Below are positions 1-12,000 of a stretch of 64,000 bases of DNA, one piece after another (position 1 is the stretch's first letter; each line of letters opens with the position of its first letter). Both the position numbers and the translations under genes were made by a program. Source of the DNA: Aplysia californica (Eukaryota); assembly GCF_000002075.1 (NCBI RefSeq), contig NW_004797534.1, positions 312,819 to 376,818 on the forward strand. The letters run 5' to 3'. The notes below the pieces were generated by a model. The model was not told where the DNA came from. It did not search any database and saw only the letters and a program-made list of their open reading frames with translations.

Positions 1-149
1 TGTCACTGTACATTTAGATCTACGAATATGTCTTTCACGCTTCTCACTCTCGATTCAATCATCACCTGAATCAGAATCTAAAGCTAAGGATTCTAAGACA
101 ATATCGTCTCTGTCCTCAAGTTTACTAAAGAAAAATTCCCTTGTCTGGT

Positions 150-1260
150 TTACAAGTTATATGCCTATAGGATCGTTTACTACCAGACCCAGAAAACTTG
201 GCTAGAACTATAGAAACGGGTGTGATCATCCTTCGTGTTTTGGTTTCACAAACACACCACTCAAAATACTCCTACAATTTCAACTTTCCACCCACTTACA
301 TAGTTATAGACACTATATTTCGTTGCAAGAAGCTCCTACTTTTGAGATTTGTTTATATCAAAACTTAAAATTATGGATCAAGCATTTACGAACTGCGAAC
401 TTAATAAAGTTTGAGTATAGCCTGTGCCGATGTATCGGTAATGGGCGAAAATGGTGCGGTCGCGCTGCCGATATATCGGTATTGGGCAGAGAATGAGTTA
501 ATAAATTACAAAACTGCTGGAGAATCATGTACTTTTTAGTCCAAGATACCAAGGGGAGAATACTTACCTTGTCACTGCATATTCTGTTCAACTCTGATGA
601 CATATATTCCTTGGGTTTGGGAGGAAAAATACTCTACTCATTCATTAAAAATTTTTGGACACCTAGTTCCATTTCATATGCCATTTTATAAATAAATTCG
701 TTCATCAGTCTATGAACTTTCATATCAAAAAGATATTCTAGTTGAAAAGATTTGCCATATTTCTGATTCCCACAGTAATATTGAATGTGACAGAATAGTT
801 TTGCTTTGCAGAAATCGGTTTTATGGAAATGATGCTGTCAAAAGTTTTGAGTATTGATATTGTTTCGCAAACAATTTTAATTAAGAAGCTGTTGTGTCTA
901 TGTAATGGAGAACTTCTCCGGTTTATCTTCAAGTATTATTTTGGGAATTTTGTGTGTATGTTAGCTGTCTTTACCAATGTATGTTCCAGAAATATGATTG
1001 TTGTGTGTGGTGTTACAAAAAGGATGGCACAATGACAGTCTCTTTTTCCTAGAATTGTGAACGATAAGCCATCTTTAGTCACGTATCAAAAGTTTTTGAG
1101 ATTACTGTAAACAAGTTATAATAGACTGAGTTTGTGCCATTTTTGCGATTCTCATTTTTGTCCTGTTCTCAAGTTGTTGATTCTTTCCACCATCAGAGAG
1201 TAGGTTCTACTTGTACAGCTTTTGATTTCCTTTTCAAGTGCAATTGAAAATATCTTCATA
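150..1260 (-). mobile_element. Highly decayed non-LTR retrotransposon (post-RT region) fragment
   Basis: Minus-strand remnants KTFDSIIS and ILLWESEIW resemble the LFD...PILLYGSEIWG motif downstream of LINE RT; many stops; boundaries approximate. Confidence 0.4.
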
Positions 1261-1920
1261 TGTTTAAGAAACCTGTCAATGTGAACCCATAGCTTTTTGC
1301 TTATGAAAATTTACTCACCTTATCTGAAACGTATACTGTTTTATTTTTCTACTTTCTACTAAACTGTACTTAAAAAATTGGTGGCTGGCCCATTTTAGCC
1401 AGCTGCCATGCCCACTCACTTTCAGCATCAAAGGTACTATGTGTGTATAAGTATATCTTTTAATGCCAAATATATAATACCCTGCTGGTTCTGTACTTAT
1501 TTACGCAAATAAACTCTAATATATTAATATTCAATTATTGTTCGTTCATCAGTTCATAAATTTTGCTTTTGCCCTTTTTAGTAAAAGTAAACGTTTTTTT
1601 GTTGATGTTTTGGTGTTGCAAAATATTTTTAAAGGCCTTGATATTTTTATTGGGGGATGGTGGGGGGGGTGAGATGCAGGGGCAGTTATATAAAGTTGAT
1701 GAAAGAGCCCTCAAGCTGACAATACTTTATTTACTTGTCCTCCTTTTAAAGAATTTATAGTGTGTTTCATACGCAAAATGTCCCACTCCCCTCGTTAATA
1801 TTTTAAGAATGCATGAAATAGGTAAAACTTCCTCTTTACTTTTAACCCAAAAAAAGTGTTTTATAGGATAGCAGTGTACAGTAACTTATCTTGTTACATT
1901 TTCTAAAGAAATATAAACTA

Positions 1921-2378
1921 CAATCAAACCTCGTATTGCCAGCCCCGCTTACCGCCAGGTTTTGCCAGTGTACGAAAAGAAACGTTACCTATATAAACAT
2001 AGTGTTTTCGTGCCATCCGCATGCTGTCTAAGTGGTACGGTCCTTATTTTTTAACCAATTCAAATTTTTATTTTACCCTGCCAGAGGTATACACTGCACA
2101 CGACGCGCAACATTCACTGGTTGGCTATTTAATAATCTTTCCCCCTCGAGAAAGACACAAAAATAGAAAGAGAAGACTGTCAGCTTTGAATACATATGTG
2201 CATGTAAATGTATATCACCAAGAAAAAGGCCCTTTTCAAACACAGCACAGCAGATCATGTTGCTTGACGACGTTGAGCAGTCTCTACAACAAAGGGACCC
2301 GCCGGTTGAACTGCCGGCCCTGCTGTTCTGCCAACTTCATGCCCGTCCCAAGGGTGGCAGTATAACGAGGATTGACTG
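1921..2378. mobile_element. pogo/Tigger-like MITE
   Basis: TA|CAATCAAACCTCGTATTGCCAGCCC ... GGGTGGCAGTATAACGAGGATTGACTG|TA imperfect TIRs with TA TSD. Confidence 0.7.
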
Positions 2379-2512
2379 TATGTCACTCTGTTTTCTGTCT
2401 GTCTGTCCTTCTTTTTCTCTGGCGGTCGCTGTTGTGTTTCTCTTTTCTCTCTCTCCCTCTTTCTATCTGTGTCTATCTTAACTATCTATCTCTCCCTATC
2501 TATCTGTCTGTC

Positions 2513-2604
2513 TTTATATCTATCTTCTACTATATATCCATCTTTTTCTCCCTCCCTGTTATATCTATCTTCTACTATATATCCATCTTTTTCTCCCTCC
2601 CTGT
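2513..2604. repeat. ~46-bp tandem duplication within pyrimidine-rich low-complexity tract
   Basis: ttatatctatcttctactatatatccatctttttctccctccctgt twice. Confidence 0.75.
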
Positions 2605-3459
2605 TCTGTGCATGTCGTAGTTATTTCTTTTCTGTCAGTTCTAACAAAACAATAGCAGCTATATATATAACTTCTTCCTGGATATACTGATCTTCTTCTT
2701 GTTTGATATATGGCCCGAACATATGTGACAGGCAAACGAGGAAAAATGAGAAGAAAGTAGAAAGAAAGAAAAATTAACATGGGGGAAGATGAGTATGAAA
2801 CGAAGAAATAAAAACTGAAGGAAAGAAAAAGGAAAAAAGGTGGCACGGAGGGGAAAAAAGCAGACACAAAAGACTAAAAAAAAACTTGGGAATAAAATAC
2901 CGTGGTCAGATGAGGCAAAGATCAAAAGGTACAAAATGGAAAAAGAATACAAATAAGGACAGGGAAGAATAATGTACAATGTTATAAGTCCCCCCCCCCC
3001 CCCCCCCCCCCTTCCAATAAACAAATAAGCAACAAAAAACAAGTTACAAGCAACAACAAAAAAACGAATGGTAAAAATTGAGAAAAGGGGGGGGGGGTGG
3101 AAAGCTGCTATAACATACATATTTTGCGCCTGTGGCCTCTTTTGGTATTTTGAAGTTATGTGATGACAAATTTATACGCACATGAGATAGCCCTGTCACT
3201 TGAAAAATCGTGGCTGCCGGGAATTAAATTTGTTTCGTTATCAGAGGTTCCCAGTTCACTTAGGAGGATTTTGAAATGAGAAGATGATGGAATTGAGCTC
3301 TTTGAGAAAAGAGTTACGTTATGATGACTCAAAACATCAAACAGTGACAAACAGTCTGAATTTCAGAAGATTGGACAAAACGACTCTTGGCTCTTGATCT
3401 ATTTTCCCCATTTCTGTTCCATTTAAATCTGTGAGGAATACTGATATCAGAAAAATAAC

Positions 3460-3483
3460 ATGGAGTCTATTTTTCACGAAAAG
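3460..3483 (+). CDS. ATXN3: ATXN3 coding exon 1 (MESIFHEK)
   Basis: ATG at 3460, donor AAG|gtaaag; matches the known ataxin-3 N-terminus. Confidence 0.93.
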
Positions 3484-5969
3484 GTAAAGTAGTTGTCGTC
3501 TCTTTGGTTTCGTTCCTTTTACAGGCTAAGCAGAATGGAAATTGGGCGATTTTGTAGTTTCGTTCGTTAAAGTAGTCAAGACAAGAGAGTAGGGGGGTTT
3601 CAGGGGAAGCCTAATAAAAATATTGGGGGGGGGGGGTTCAGATCCTAATTTGATGTTTTGCAGTTAGGTTGCATCCCTGCTCTTAGTGTAGCCTAGATAT
3701 CTATTTCAAATAGTATTTGGTGATCAAGACTTCTGGATTTATTCTCTGGATGTAAACAAAGGCCACCTCTAAGTCCTCTGTTCTCACCCGGGGTGAGAAT
3801 AGTGCAGGCGAGTCTTTTGGCTATTCTCACCTGGTGCGCGTTCACCGTTATAGCCTAGATCTAGGCCAACAAATTTTGCGTTCACCCTAAACCACAGAAT
3901 TCTACACTGTGATAACAGAAAAATTGTAGAATTCTGTGCTGTGAACAAACGTTCCATTACAACTGTACTTGTAGCCTACTAAAAGCGTACAATTTTGTCT
4001 GTGGGCAGTGGAGAGAGAGAGAGAGAGAGAACAAAACGAAATGGCGACCCGCGTAGTTCGGCTCGATTCGAAAAGTTAAATAGCCGTAGCATCTCTGTAG
4101 ACAACCAAATTAATTTACTTTTGTGTTTTAACATCATTTTTTAACTTTGTTTTGGTCAATTTGATCGTCCACACCGATAGACAGTATTCAGAAAGAGACA
4201 GAGAGAGAAGAGGGGAGGAGTAGATCTTGCGAGAACTTCCGGGCGGGTGAGAATAGCCACTTTCGTAAACAAATGGTGGATCGTGGACTTTCTTTAACAA
4301 ACGGAAACTACGAAATTGATTCGTCGTAGCAGAATAGTCAAGCAAAGATCTTCTACTTCTAGATTTAGGTCTAGATTCTAGATCTTGATGTAGACTCTAG
4401 AATATAGATATTATCTAGATCTAGTAGAGCTGTATTCTGCTTGATTAATCGAAGGCTTGCAAAGCAGCGGACGGCTTGCGAGCAGGCTTGTGTCCTTTTC
4501 CTCCCGCTTGCTACCGGGGTAACTTCCGGTGAGTTGTGACTCGCGGACTGTCCTGCTGTACTGTGTCTTGACGCCGCAAACCTTCGTGACTGTGGGCTCA
4601 GTACACATTACAGAAGATTCTCTGATTAGGCCCTTATTTGCGTTGAGAGGCTTGCACCCAAAGTGCAAGATGGTTGGGTTTTTTCATAGTCGGGTTGTAA
4701 AAAATAAAAAGCTCTATTCAATGCACTTAAAAATTAATACTGGATCGGCTATTCTTACGATGCAAAGGCCTGCTTGTTTTTAATGTGCACGAGCCAAGCG
4801 CTTCATCATCGCACGCAAAAGACCTCAGTTCGATTCCTGTATGGGGAGAAATTTTTACTGAGAACCTCCGTCTTTCTGCTGGGGCGTTGTTCCCTCTCAG
4901 CCCAGGTTGGCCCTGACATTGGGTTGAAGTAGGCCTATCCCGTCTCCTAAATGTTCTGTATTATGTCAATGTGCGTGTAAAACATCTTCAAAATAGGTTA
5001 CATACATACGATACAAAAGCCAATCACAACGGCCCCTGGAGTTTTCCATTCTAGGGTAATCTAAGTCTACTAGATTATATATGTCTTATTACTACCAAAA
5101 ACCTAGGTCTCTGATACTACAATCCTGGTCCCTCTCACTTATCCACCCGCTAAGCTGATCAACGGTGGGAAGTTGAAAATAACTTCAGCTCACTACGTCT
5201 TGCACCAAAAGAAGCACAGCCTCTCCCTTCCTCCACGGTTCAGAGTTCACACAGCGAGCGGTCCTGCTGCTCGCTGCTGCTACAGCAAGTCAGCAGAGTG
5301 ACTTGCCAGCTTTCGAACTGGTCCTGGGAGCCAAAGCTAAAAATGGGAGCAGAGAGACTTGCCGGGCAGTGAACAATCACTAGCACAAAGCAATACCATG
5401 GGACTTGTGTGCTGCGGACGGGATTTGAGACTTGACGGCTGTCCACTGCTTTTACTTAACAAGCCTTCGATTAATCGAGCAGACTACAGCGCTACACCGC
5501 GCAGTGACACTGTGAGCGGGATCCCTCACTCTCCCCCTTTCTCTTTTTCTGATGTAAGTGGCTTCGCAGATTGCAAGCATGGTGGGGAGGATGAGGGGGT
5601 CTGACACGGGTGGCTTTGCGTATTGCTAGTTGGTGTGGACTTGAAGTTTAGACTAGACCAAGGTGGCTACAGTTTGTGCTAGACTCAACTGATCATGCTG
5701 GTAATTTGATTTGATGATTTGACCTAGTGATTTGAGGCTTGTGACTTGAACTAGAGGCTTGCGAGCAGGAGCGGGTTTGCTACCGGGGTGCAGCTCTAAT
5801 ATCTAGATCTAGATCTAGGCCTACTCACTAAATTCAAGTGCCTTCAAGTGAAAACGTCAATTAGAATTACGAAGTGTATACAGACAAAGTCACGAAGTAT
5901 ACAGACCCGGTAAGGGAACTCTTTTGTGATTTCGGGAAGTTTCAGACCTCAGACCCGGTAGAAATCTTT

Positions 5970-6007
<38 letters not shown>

Positions 6008-9000
6008 GGGGGGGGGGGGGGGGGTGCTAGCAAAATGTATATGACATGCCCCAGTTGGCAGGAGGGAACGAGAGAAAGATAGAGTGGGAAATAGGTGGGG
6101 ACAAAGAAATACAGAGACAAACAAAGAAAAAGAGAAGGCGAGCGATACACAGAGGAGAGAGAGAGAGAGAGGCTGCTCGATTGAAATTATGACATTGTAA
6201 CTTGTTCTTTTCTTCGGATTGTGATTCCTCCAATTCCAAAACGGAGGAAAAACAATCGTTCATCGAAACGACATCCGCAATCTTCATTTAGATCTAGGTT
6301 AGCCGCGAAACTAGATGAAAGATTTATGTCTGTCTGCCTAGATCTAGACCTAGACCATAGATCTAGAAGAACCTAGGTCTACCCCACAGAATTCTACACT
6401 CCTCGCCTAATCTGCTTATATTCACTGTATTCTCCATTAATTCGTACAAATTTCTGATAATTCTTTTCCTTCTATGTCTAGCTTTTCCAGTATTTTAAAT
6501 AGCTCATCATGTCTAACTTTATTGAACGCCTTTGAATGAAGCATAAATACAGATCTTTCTGTGCTTCAGTGCATCTCTTTCCATTAACATTGTTAAGGTG
6601 AATAGCATTTCTGGTTCCCTTGTCAGGAACAAAGCCGAATTGCATTTTAATCTCCAGTCTTACACTTTTTCTCAATCTTCCCATTATTATTCTAGCAATA
6701 TTTTTGTAACATGACTCATAAGGCTAATTGTTCTATGCATGTCACACTCAGTGGCACCTGGTGTTTTAGGTAAAGTTGATAAAAACTGACTTCATCATAT
6801 CTTCTGGGATCTCACCGCTGTCATAAATAGCATTTAGGAGCCTTGTGGTTATTTCAGTGCCTAGTTCTTCAAGCGCAACAATCACTCAACTGGAATATTA
6901 TCTGGCCCTGTGGCTTTTCCTTGTTTCATTTTCCTAATGGCAGCTTGTACTTCTGCTTTCTGAAAAGTTCTTCTATGTATTCTGACCATCTGTTTAAGAC
7001 ATCGTAAAGTATCTCCTCCTTTTGATCTTATGCTTCCTGTATTTGAGCATCCTTTTATCCTATTTACTTCTTTGATTTTGGAATGCATGTATTTGCTGTC
7101 TTTGTTTTGGTTTTTCTCTAGTTGTTGACACTGATCATTAAATTTATCCATGTTTCTTTTGCTTCGTTGCATTTTTTCTTTATTTTCCTGTTTAAGATGT
7201 TGTACTTTTCCTCATTTGATTTGGCCTTTCTTCTCTCTTCCATTAGTTTTAATATGTCCTGGGTCATCCATTTTTTATTAGCTTTTTTAGCTTTCGGGGG
7301 GATATTTTCTTCGACAGCTTCCATTATTGAGTCTTTCATTTTCCTCCATAGTTCTTCCAATTTAGTAATGTTTTCCAAAGCTTGAAATTTATTTCTTACA
7401 TCTATGGAGAAACATTCTTTCAGTTCTTGATTTGTCTTTAGGTTGGTACTTTGACTTTTGGAGTTTTTTCAGTCTCATCCGCATTTTACACATGACTGGT
7501 ACATGGTCACTATCACAGTCTGCTCCTGGCAGTGATTTAGATGATTTAATTGTGTTTCTAAAATGTTTCTGAATAAATATGAAGTCTATTTGATTTCTAC
7601 TTCTATCGCCAGGACTCTTCCAAGTGTATCGTCTTCTTGGGTGATTTTCATACCCGGTGTTTGATATCATAAAATTATTTTCTCTGCACCATTCTACCAT
7701 TCGTTCCCCGCGTTCATTCTCTTTACCCAGTCCCCATGGCCCAACTATATCTTCTATACGTGTACTTCCTACTTTGACATTAAAGTCTCCCATGACTATC
7801 TTTACATCTTGTGATTTTAACTGTTTCATTGCCTTATCAAGGTCTTCATAAAAAGTCTCAATTTCCTCGTTGTTGTTCTCTGATGTTGGTGCATATATTT
7901 GGATGACACCTACCTATGTCAAAAGGTTTTCCCTCTAATTTAGCCACGATGACTCTAAAGTCTATCTGACACTCCCCATAAACCTTTTATGCTCTTTGCT
8001 GTTGCTTCGTCAAATAAAATTCCGACTCCTCTTTCATGGGTTTTTCCTCTTGAATGTATAATTGTTTTGGGTCCTCTTTTAATCAAGCCTCCCCCCTCCC
8101 AACTGATTTATGAAAGGCCTAAAATATTTAGCTTCATCCTATCCATTTCCTGCTCTATATTATCTAATTTGCCTTTTTGGTACATTGTTCTCACATTCCA
8201 TGTGGCTATGGTAAGTTGCTTATTTTTGCAACTAGTAGCTGGATGACGATCGGGCGCCACCTGCTGCCCGTGGCAGTCCCTACCAAGTGGGGAGTTCAGA
8301 GCTGGATCATGAAACCCCTTAACGCTGTTATCTGATAAATGAATGAACTTTTCCATGACTATTCTTGGGATATTACAGTAGTGGTTTCCCTATGCCTACT
8401 GCCGGTTTGTGTACAGTTTTCTCCTCTAGCCTTTGTCATCCACTGACAACCCACAAGGCAGTGGGGGCTTTGGTAGGATTTATGGCGCCTCCCGTCGCCA
8501 AGATGGTCCCTTCTTCGAGTGTGTGAGGTATTTATTGAAGCACCTGTGCCACCATAGTTCCCCTCTACTCTTCACGACCATCTCCCATTTGGTTCGCAAC
8601 TGCTTAGCAGCTAACCTCCATATTTGGAGGCCTTTCACCTATCCACCGCCCGGGGATGCGCTGGGTTGGGTAGGAGGACCCATTACTAAATCTTAGTACT
8701 TCCCACTCAACCTGCTTTTGTAAATTTCAGCAAGAAGGATCTTTGTGTGCTCAGCACTGCCTGAACGCTCTCCTCCAGAACCAGTATTTCAGCGCTGTGG
8801 ATTTGGCCCAAATTGGGACAAGACTCGATGAGAGAGAACGAGACAGGATGGCAGAGGGCGGTGTTGCAACCAATGAGTATCAGAGATTTATTGAGGCAAG
8901 CGCTTACAAATAGTTTTACTTTGTTCATCAGCCTTTTTCTCAGTTTTCATTATGTTTGCAAATATGTTGCACTCGTCTTTCAGTGATATATATGCTTTAT

Positions 9001-12000
9001 GCTGCTGTTTGAACAAAGAGAAAATAAAATTGGTTTACTGTAGAATTAAAGACTACAGGGTGTTGGAATTCAAAGTAAGCCTATTATATTAGATTATAAT
9101 TTGTCATTTGCAAGATTGACGACTGTGAGATAGAATGCTGTCTTCTTTGGGCAAAACTTTACTGTAGAACTCTTAAAATAGGCCTATGATAGTGAGCAGT
9201 GATGGTCTAAGAGTTCATGTCAATACCAAATTTGATATGACATAATTCCCCGATAGATAATGTTTTTTCTTGCTTGTGATTCTTTGTGTTTTTGGCTGTT
9301 CCTAAATCTATCATAATTTATAATTATTTTCTTAGTTTTTCTTAACTAGCTGATTTTCTTGCATTTCAGCAACCGTCAAACAATTATGACGATAGTGGAT
9401 TCTTCTCTGTACAAGTCATCAGTGAAGCTCTCTCTGTGTGGTCTTTAGACATGGTGCTATATAATAGTCAAAACCCTGTCGCTGTTCAAGCAAGGGAAGA
9501 CCCAACGTATGTTCTACCTTGATGTGCATTAATTTGTCTTACTGTTCAGTGAAAAGAAAAATATTGTGCAACATCCGTTCCCTCTTTTTTCCATAATACC
9601 ACACTCCCACTCTTCTCATGCATCCACCTATATACACACACACTCTCTCTCTCTCTCACACACACTCACACCCTGATATCTTTCACACCCATGCTTCATT
9701 TCATTTCACTGTCTGCCCACTAAACGTTATGTATCCTAAGTTTGCTCTCTGTCACTGTATCAAAATAAATGTCATGAAGGCAGCAAGGATGGGTGGGATG
9801 TGAAGTTGGCTTACCTGGTACAGCCTACACACATTGTATCATGTCTTTGTTATAGCTCAAATCTAGATTTTGGCTGCTATCAGTAAACAAGTTAAAGATC
9901 CCTTGGTGGTCCTAAAATCTATAAGAGTAGGCTTGGGCAGCGCAAAATTCAAACTTCCTACCAAACTCATGATGTTGAGTCCTGCACGCTCATATGATCT
10001 TATGCAGTTGCAAGCGCCCTAAAATACTTAATTAACCCTATCCATACGTTGTGTTTTACTATCGTATCCATACGACTTGGGGAACTCTGTGCCACCATTT
10101 TCCAAAGAGGAAATTTACTCGTTAATCCGATCTATACGCTTTGCATAGCAGTCTGTCAAAATGATATTTTTGAGAAATACTGAAAGTTTCAAAGAGATCT
10201 TCCCGCTAGAAGTACAGGGTGATCCCAAAAAAAACTGTACAACTTTTTTTCTGAATATCTTGCACAAAAATTATTCTAGCATGCTGTAAATAGGAACAAA
10301 TATCAAAAGGAATTTGTTTGACATAAAATCCACAAAAAAGAAACTTATTTGGAAAACGGAAATAGCTCAAACTAAAAGAAAAAAGCACCCATAAACTCAA
10401 AGTTCACCAATTTTGTTAAAATCTTGTAAAGGAAGTCGTGAAAAGATTGATTGACTTTTTTCTTTATTTTCTCTTTGACATTTAATTTCCATCCCTGTAA
10501 CGTTTAAACAATACCTAATTTCTTTCACAGCGTTAAAAAATTAACGATTTCATTCTGGAATTTGTAGAAGCAGTGCTCTACATGCCTTCCTTTGAACTCG
10601 ACACATTTTTAACGCTTCGTTCGAAATTTTAATCGCGCCCACACACAATGATCTGCTTAACCAAGAGTGTTTAAAGCCACATACACTATACCTATTCAGA
10701 ATTAAGTGGCTTCTATAGACAATAGGGAGTGGGGTGCCCAATAAACAGCATTTTTTAGGCTATCGTATCCCACAGGGTGGAAAATGGGCTTTGCACTAAA
10801 CCAAATGTCATCAAGGAAATGATCCCACTTTTCAAGACAATCGAGGAATCATGAACACATTGCTATTCTCTGATCCATGTCATCTCGGCCTAGCAGAGAT
10901 GAAAATTGGTACAGTCGTATGTTACGACCTGCCATTAGAATGCAGACTGTTGAGGTGTAGGAGAGTCTTAGCTACAGATTGTCTATGGATAGACGTCTCA
11001 TGGGACTCGACTACTGAAATCTGCACCCTGGTGATAAGGGCTGCGCATGGTGTGGGTTCAATCTGAAGTGATCCTTTTTAAAGAAATTTTTAGTTCTGGT
11101 TCTGATTCGCTATAGATCTAAACTGATGGAACTTCTGTACTCATGACACCCAAAGGTCTTGAGGGCACGTAAACATTCTTTCCATGCCGTGCGCAGAACT
11201 AACAAAATGTCAGGGATGGTGAGTTTGTGGAGAGGTAATGTTCAATACAAAAAGCTCTCTGCTCTTTGCTAAACTTAACCATAATCTCCAGCAGGCAAAC
11301 GAAATTTGACGGCTGAAGTTTGCAATACAGCACGATCGTTGCAACTTTTAGTGGTATGCCTAATGCGAACTGGTGCCTCATGCTGGAAAATAAGGACAAG
11401 GTAGAAAATGGGTTGTTTTTTAAATGCGCCATATATTATGTTCAAATCTGAAATGCAAAACTTCAGTATGGAAGAAGATATCTACAAAACAAGTTGTACA
11501 GGCTGGGGGGTTTTTTTTGGATCTCCCTGTATTCTAAAATGTGAAGAATACAACCCCAGGGGTACAAAATGACCCCAGGGTGTACGGATAAGGTTAACCG
11601 AAACAATCATGTTTTACAATAATCTCTTACTGAATGTCATCTTTCTCATCTAGATTTCAATATATGGCCTTTCATGTGAAAGAAAGCATATTAGACTCAA
11701 GACCAAAGTGGCAATTACTGAGGCAGTTGAGCAGAACAATGAGATAAAGGCTCAAATATATTTAGCATATTGTTACTACTTACATGCTCAGACAGGCATA
11801 AGATTTGTGTGCCTTAATTCTACATGGCAAAACTGTATAGAAAGTTCTATATATTTTTGACAATTCACAGACCTTTTTATTTATTCTTTGTTTCACATGT
11901 GTTCTTCTACATGTAATGTTAGTCAGTTCTAGTCTTGAATAATTTATGCTATACATTCCCTACATTATATTATAAGAATTGTTACCAATAAACTTTCTCT

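Noticed and set aside
2257-3120. Several 70-150-aa hydrophobic ORFs
   Set aside because: Translations of CT/GA-rich low-complexity sequence
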